Assembly: GCA_963717525.1 (NCBI GenBank)
Contig: OY970343.1
Span: forward strand, 1-64,000
From: an uncultured Methanoregulaceae archaeon
GTDB lineage: Archaea > Halobacteriota > Methanomicrobia > Methanomicrobiales > Methanospirillaceae
DNA: 64,000 bases
Reading direction: 5' to 3'
The notes beneath the pieces were generated by a model. It was not told the DNA's origin, did not search any database, and saw only the letters and a list, made by a program, of their open reading frames with translations. Both the position numbers and the translations under genes were made by a program. Below are positions 60,826 through 64,000 of this stretch, one piece after another (the stretch's first letter is position 1; each line of letters begins with the position of its first letter).

Positions 60826-61530
60826 GTGTACGATATTTCCCGGAACATACCAGAGGGAATAGGTGAACGTATGGGTGCGGGTAAGACTGCAGGACCCGGC
60901 TGGCAGCAGGTGCCGGTTCTGCTACGGTCCGATATCGTGACAGCAGCAGAGAAAAAACAACTGGATCTGAGCGAAGAATGCAACCGGGCGCTTGCAAAGC
61001 GACTGGAGATAGACTACCGGCCGCTCCAGAAGAGCCCCTCCCCGGGAACCCCGCGGGTGATCGTCGCGACGGATACCGCACCGGCCAGATGTACGGCCCC
61101 GGCAGCGCCGCCGGTCATCAATGCCGAGGATCCCACGGTGCCGGCGAAAGTTCTCAGGGAGAAAAAAGAGAGGAAATCCCCGGGAGTGGCAAAACCGCAG
61201 GAACCGACCCCATCGCGCCCGGCAATCCCCGTCCCTTCTACGGCAGCAGCAGCTGCGAAACCTTCGTCAAAGACCCGGGCAAAGGGCAGGAAAGGGGATG
61301 CCATACAGCGGTTCGTGAGCACCCGGATCGTCCGGGAGGCCGAAGAGAGTCCTGACGCTATCGTCGCAAAAGACGAACTCTACCAACGGTTTGAACGCTG
61401 GTGCCGGGACCAGGATTACGATACTATCCCGGAACGGCGCGTGTTTTCTGTGGCCCTCAAGAACAAGTACGCCTTTGCCGAGAGGACCGTGGGTGGGACC
61501 GCGAGCTGGGTCAGTATCCGGATAAAATAG
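60826..61530 (+). CDS. Hypothetical DNA-binding protein (RHH-like N-terminus, winged-helix C-terminus)
   Basis: LDLSEECNRAL; Pro-rich linker; KDELYQRFERWC..FSVALK. Confidence 0.6.
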   Translation: MYDISRNIPEGIGERMGAGKTAGPGWQQVPVLLRSDIVTAAEKKQLDLSEECNRALAKRLEIDYRPLQKSPSPGTPRVIVATDTAPARCTAPAAPPVINAEDPTVPAKVLREKKERKSPGVAKPQEPTPSRPAIPVPSTAAAAAKPSSKTRAKGRKGDAIQRFVSTRIVREAEESPDAIVAKDELYQRFERWCRDQDYDTIPERRVFSVALKNKYAFAERTVGGTASWVSIRIK

Positions 61531-61534
61531 TTTT

Positions 61535-62200
61535 TTACTTCCCGAACCGGCGTATCCGGGACTGGTAGTCACGCAGTACCCTCAGGAAGTCCACGCGCCG
61601 GAAATACTTCCAGTTGATATCGGAGAAGAAGAGTTCCGAGTAGACCGACTGCCAGATCAGGAAATCAGTCAGGTGGTCGCCGCCGGTCTTGACCACGATG
61701 TCCGGGTCGTACCGGAAGGTCAGGCAGGATTCGAGTGTTTTCTCATCGATCTCCGATGGCGGGATACCGTTCTCTGCCAGCCTGCGGATGCAGTCCGTGA
61801 TCTCCTCCCGCCCGCTTTTCCCTATGGCGACTACGACCTCGAGACCGGTACCCGAGATCTCCCTCGTGGTGCCGTGGTGCAGCACGAGCCGGGCAACCGA
61901 TGAGATCTTTTTTATTTCCGGGAGGGCATGGGCGAGCTCGTCCGGGGAGAGCTGAGTGATGTGGAACGTCAGGCCTTGGATGGCGGATGGTGTCTGTGCA
62001 GCTGCCTGCGTGGGCCGGTGTGCAAGGATTGTATTTAACCCGGTGCACCATCCGGTCACCTCGAGACACTTTCCCGGTTCAGCGGCCAGGTCAGCACTGC
62101 TGATCATGAAACAGATATGCCGGGGGAGGTCCTGTATCTGCGAGAGAAGCATCCGCTCGTAGAGCCAGTAGAACATCTGACCTAATCGTAGGGCAGCCAA
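61535..62200 (-). CDS. cis-Prenyltransferase-like (Nus1/NgBR-type) subunit
   Basis: PDIVVKTG, DFLIWQSVYSEL, C-terminal RRFGK; lacks DGNRR. Confidence 0.85.
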   Translation of the reverse strand: MAALRLGQMFYWLYERMLLSQIQDLPRHICFMISSADLAAEPGKCLEVTGWCTGLNTILAHRPTQAAAQTPSAIQGLTFHITQLSPDELAHALPEIKKISSVARLVLHHGTTREISGTGLEVVVAIGKSGREEITDCIRRLAENGIPPSEIDEKTLESCLTFRYDPDIVVKTGGDHLTDFLIWQSVYSELFFSDINWKYFRRVDFLRVLRDYQSRIRRFGK

Positions 62201-62321
62201 GGTTATGAGGATTTACTCTGCCATTCCGGTTTACCCGGGATGTGCGTTCCGCTCTTCAGCTGCGGGGCCGGCGTCCGGCAAAAGCACTTATAAACCTTCT
62301 TGTGAAATGATCAGACAACAG

Positions 62322-63029
62322 ATGTACTCCTATAAGACTGGTATCCCCCAGATCGATCAGGCGACCGGGGGTTTTGATGCGGGGACGAACCTCCTGATTC
62401 TGGCACCGTCTCTCAGCTATGCAGAAGCACTCGCGTACAGCCTGATACGCCCTCTGCCCGGGGAGTATGCTATCATGTTATCCACAAACGAGCGTGCCTC
62501 GGAGGTGATCGACCAGTTCAAGTCCGCCGGGGCCGACAAGCAATTCGTCGGCGTGATCGACGCGATCACCAAAAGTTCGACGCCGGCAGTCTCCGACACC
62601 GAGCGGTTCATGTTTGTCACGAACCCCACCGACCTGACCGGGATCGGCATCAAATTCTCCCACATGGTCGAGATGATTTTTGACGGGACATTCTCCGGGA
62701 AAGAGACCGGGCTTTTCCCGCCCCCGATCCGGTTCTGCATCAACTCGGTCTCGACCCTTCTTATGTACCGCAAGCTTGAGGTGCTGTACCAGTTCCTCCA
62801 CGTGATGACGGCAAAACTCAAGAAGGTCGAGGGCTTTGGGGTCTACATTCTCAACTGCGAGGCATTTGACGAGAAGACGGTTTCTTTAATCAAGCAGCTT
62901 ATGACGATCGTGATAGAAGTCAAGGTCGAACGATCGGACAACTACTTCCGGGTGATGGGGATCCGTGGGGTAAACGCGGACTGGCACAAGTTCACGATCA
63001 GCAAGGGACAGGTGGTACTGGCATTATGA
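62322..63029 (+). CDS. RAD55/KaiC-like protein, degenerate P-loop
   Basis: TGIPQIDQATGG, PTDLTGIGI, SVSTLLMY. Confidence 0.8.
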   Translation: MYSYKTGIPQIDQATGGFDAGTNLLILAPSLSYAEALAYSLIRPLPGEYAIMLSTNERASEVIDQFKSAGADKQFVGVIDAITKSSTPAVSDTERFMFVTNPTDLTGIGIKFSHMVEMIFDGTFSGKETGLFPPPIRFCINSVSTLLMYRKLEVLYQFLHVMTAKLKKVEGFGVYILNCEAFDEKTVSLIKQLMTIVIEVKVERSDNYFRVMGIRGVNADWHKFTISKGQVVLAL

Positions 63030-64000
63030 TTTCGACCGGGATGTTTGGGATCGACGATATGTTGGGTGGAGGGATACCTGATGGCAGCCGGGTTCTCTAT
63101 AGCCTTGAGCCCGGGGTTGACGGGCAGCTCTTCATGATCTCGACACTGTACGCGGCGCTCGAAAAAAGGCAGTCGTGCCTTGTGATCATCCCGCATACGA
63201 CCGTCGATGCATTTATGCATGACGTCGGTCATCTCCGGGGAAAAACCATTCGGGCAAAGGAGCATAAGATCGCCTTCCTGGACAGTGTTGACCGCGAACG
63301 GATACAGCGCAGCGCTGTCTCCGGCAAAGCGGCGGAACGGGAATGGCGGGCCCGGATTCAAAAACTCTGCACCGAAAACAAGGTGGAGGTCATCTTCGGG
63401 TATTTCGATATTATCTACGAGGATTTCGGCCTGGAAAAAGGACTTTCGCTGCTTTCCGGATCCTGCCCCCCCGACGCCACCATCATTATCGAGCACCTGA
63501 ACTTCGGAGGAGATAAACTTCTTGAGTCGCTTGCAGTCAGGAAATCCTTTGACCTTATCCTCGCGATCAAGTCCTCGTTCAGGCCCCTGCCGCACTTCAA
63601 TTACTTCACCATCCTGTACACATCGTGGTCGAACCAGCTTCGCCGTTCGGTACCCTTCCTTGTGAGGAGCGGCCGCATCGTTCCCTACATTCCCAAGATC
63701 GTGGTGACAGGTCCGCCGGAATCCGGGAAGTCCCGGTTTGTGGCAAGTGCCACGGAGCTGGGGATGTCTGTCGACAGGACCGGCCTTGACGGCGACGTGA
63801 CGACGGTTGCCATGGACTTCGGGTGGCTGCACTGGCAGGATTTCGACATCACGCTCTACGGTACTCCCGGGCAGCCCCGGTTCGACCCGATGCTGCCGGT
63901 CATCTTGAATAATGCGATGGGTGTTGTATTACTGGTGGATGCCACGAACCACGATCAACTCGCCCGGGGCCGACACCTCTATAAACTCATCACCCGGATG
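63026..64000 (+). CDS. KaiC-like domain fused to small GTPase domain (runs off the window)
   Basis: STGMFGIDDMLGGG; KIVVTGPPESGKS, TTVAMDFG, GTPGQPRF; translated by hand, not in the ORF track. Confidence 0.85.
   Translation, partial: MISTGMFGIDDMLGGGIPDGSRVLYSLEPGVDGQLFMISTLYAALEKRQSCLVIIPHTTVDAFMHDVGHLRGKTIRAKEHKIAFLDSVDRERIQRSAVSGKAAEREWRARIQKLCTENKVEVIFGYFDIIYEDFGLEKGLSLLSGSCPPDATIIIEHLNFGGDKLLESLAVRKSFDLILAIKSSFRPLPHFNYFTILYTSWSNQLRRSVPFLVRSGRIVPYIPKIVVTGPPESGKSRFVASATELGMSVDRTGLDGDVTTVAMDFGWLHWQDFDITLYGTPGQPRFDPMLPVILNNAMGVVLLVDATNHDQLARGRHLYKLITRM

Overview
Archaeal DNA, most likely a Methanomicrobiales methanogen (Methanoregula-like), inferred from FmdE, archaeal class III pilins, the AbrB-PhoU regulator and gene context. 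About 2-15 kb and 57.6-64 kb look like GC-rich host chromosome (M3 peptidase, PAPS-reductase/SufS fusion, thiM-thiE, solo Cas4-like, radical SAM, two cis-prenyltransferase homologues, KaiC-like proteins). Bases 1-1.7 kb are AT-rich and look foreign. Between them lies a ~42.7 kb genomic island (14948-57614) integrated at the 3' end of tRNA-Thr(CGT), bounded by a perfect 16-bp direct repeat, with a tyrosine integrase next to the tRNA. Much of the recognisable cargo fits a phosphate-starvation theme: PhoU regulator, SixA, an ArsC-like protein, a Zn-phospholipase C plus glycosyltransferase pair and pstS-pstC-pstA without pstB. The island also encodes a type IV pilus assembly kit. PstS carries a type IV prepilin N-terminus, suggesting a phosphate-binding pilus or 'bindosome' on a mobile element; this is inference, not demonstrated. 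More than ten single-base frameshifts in conserved genes point to assembly indel errors, so split genes were rejoined by hand. Family calls come from motif recognition only; no database searches were run.
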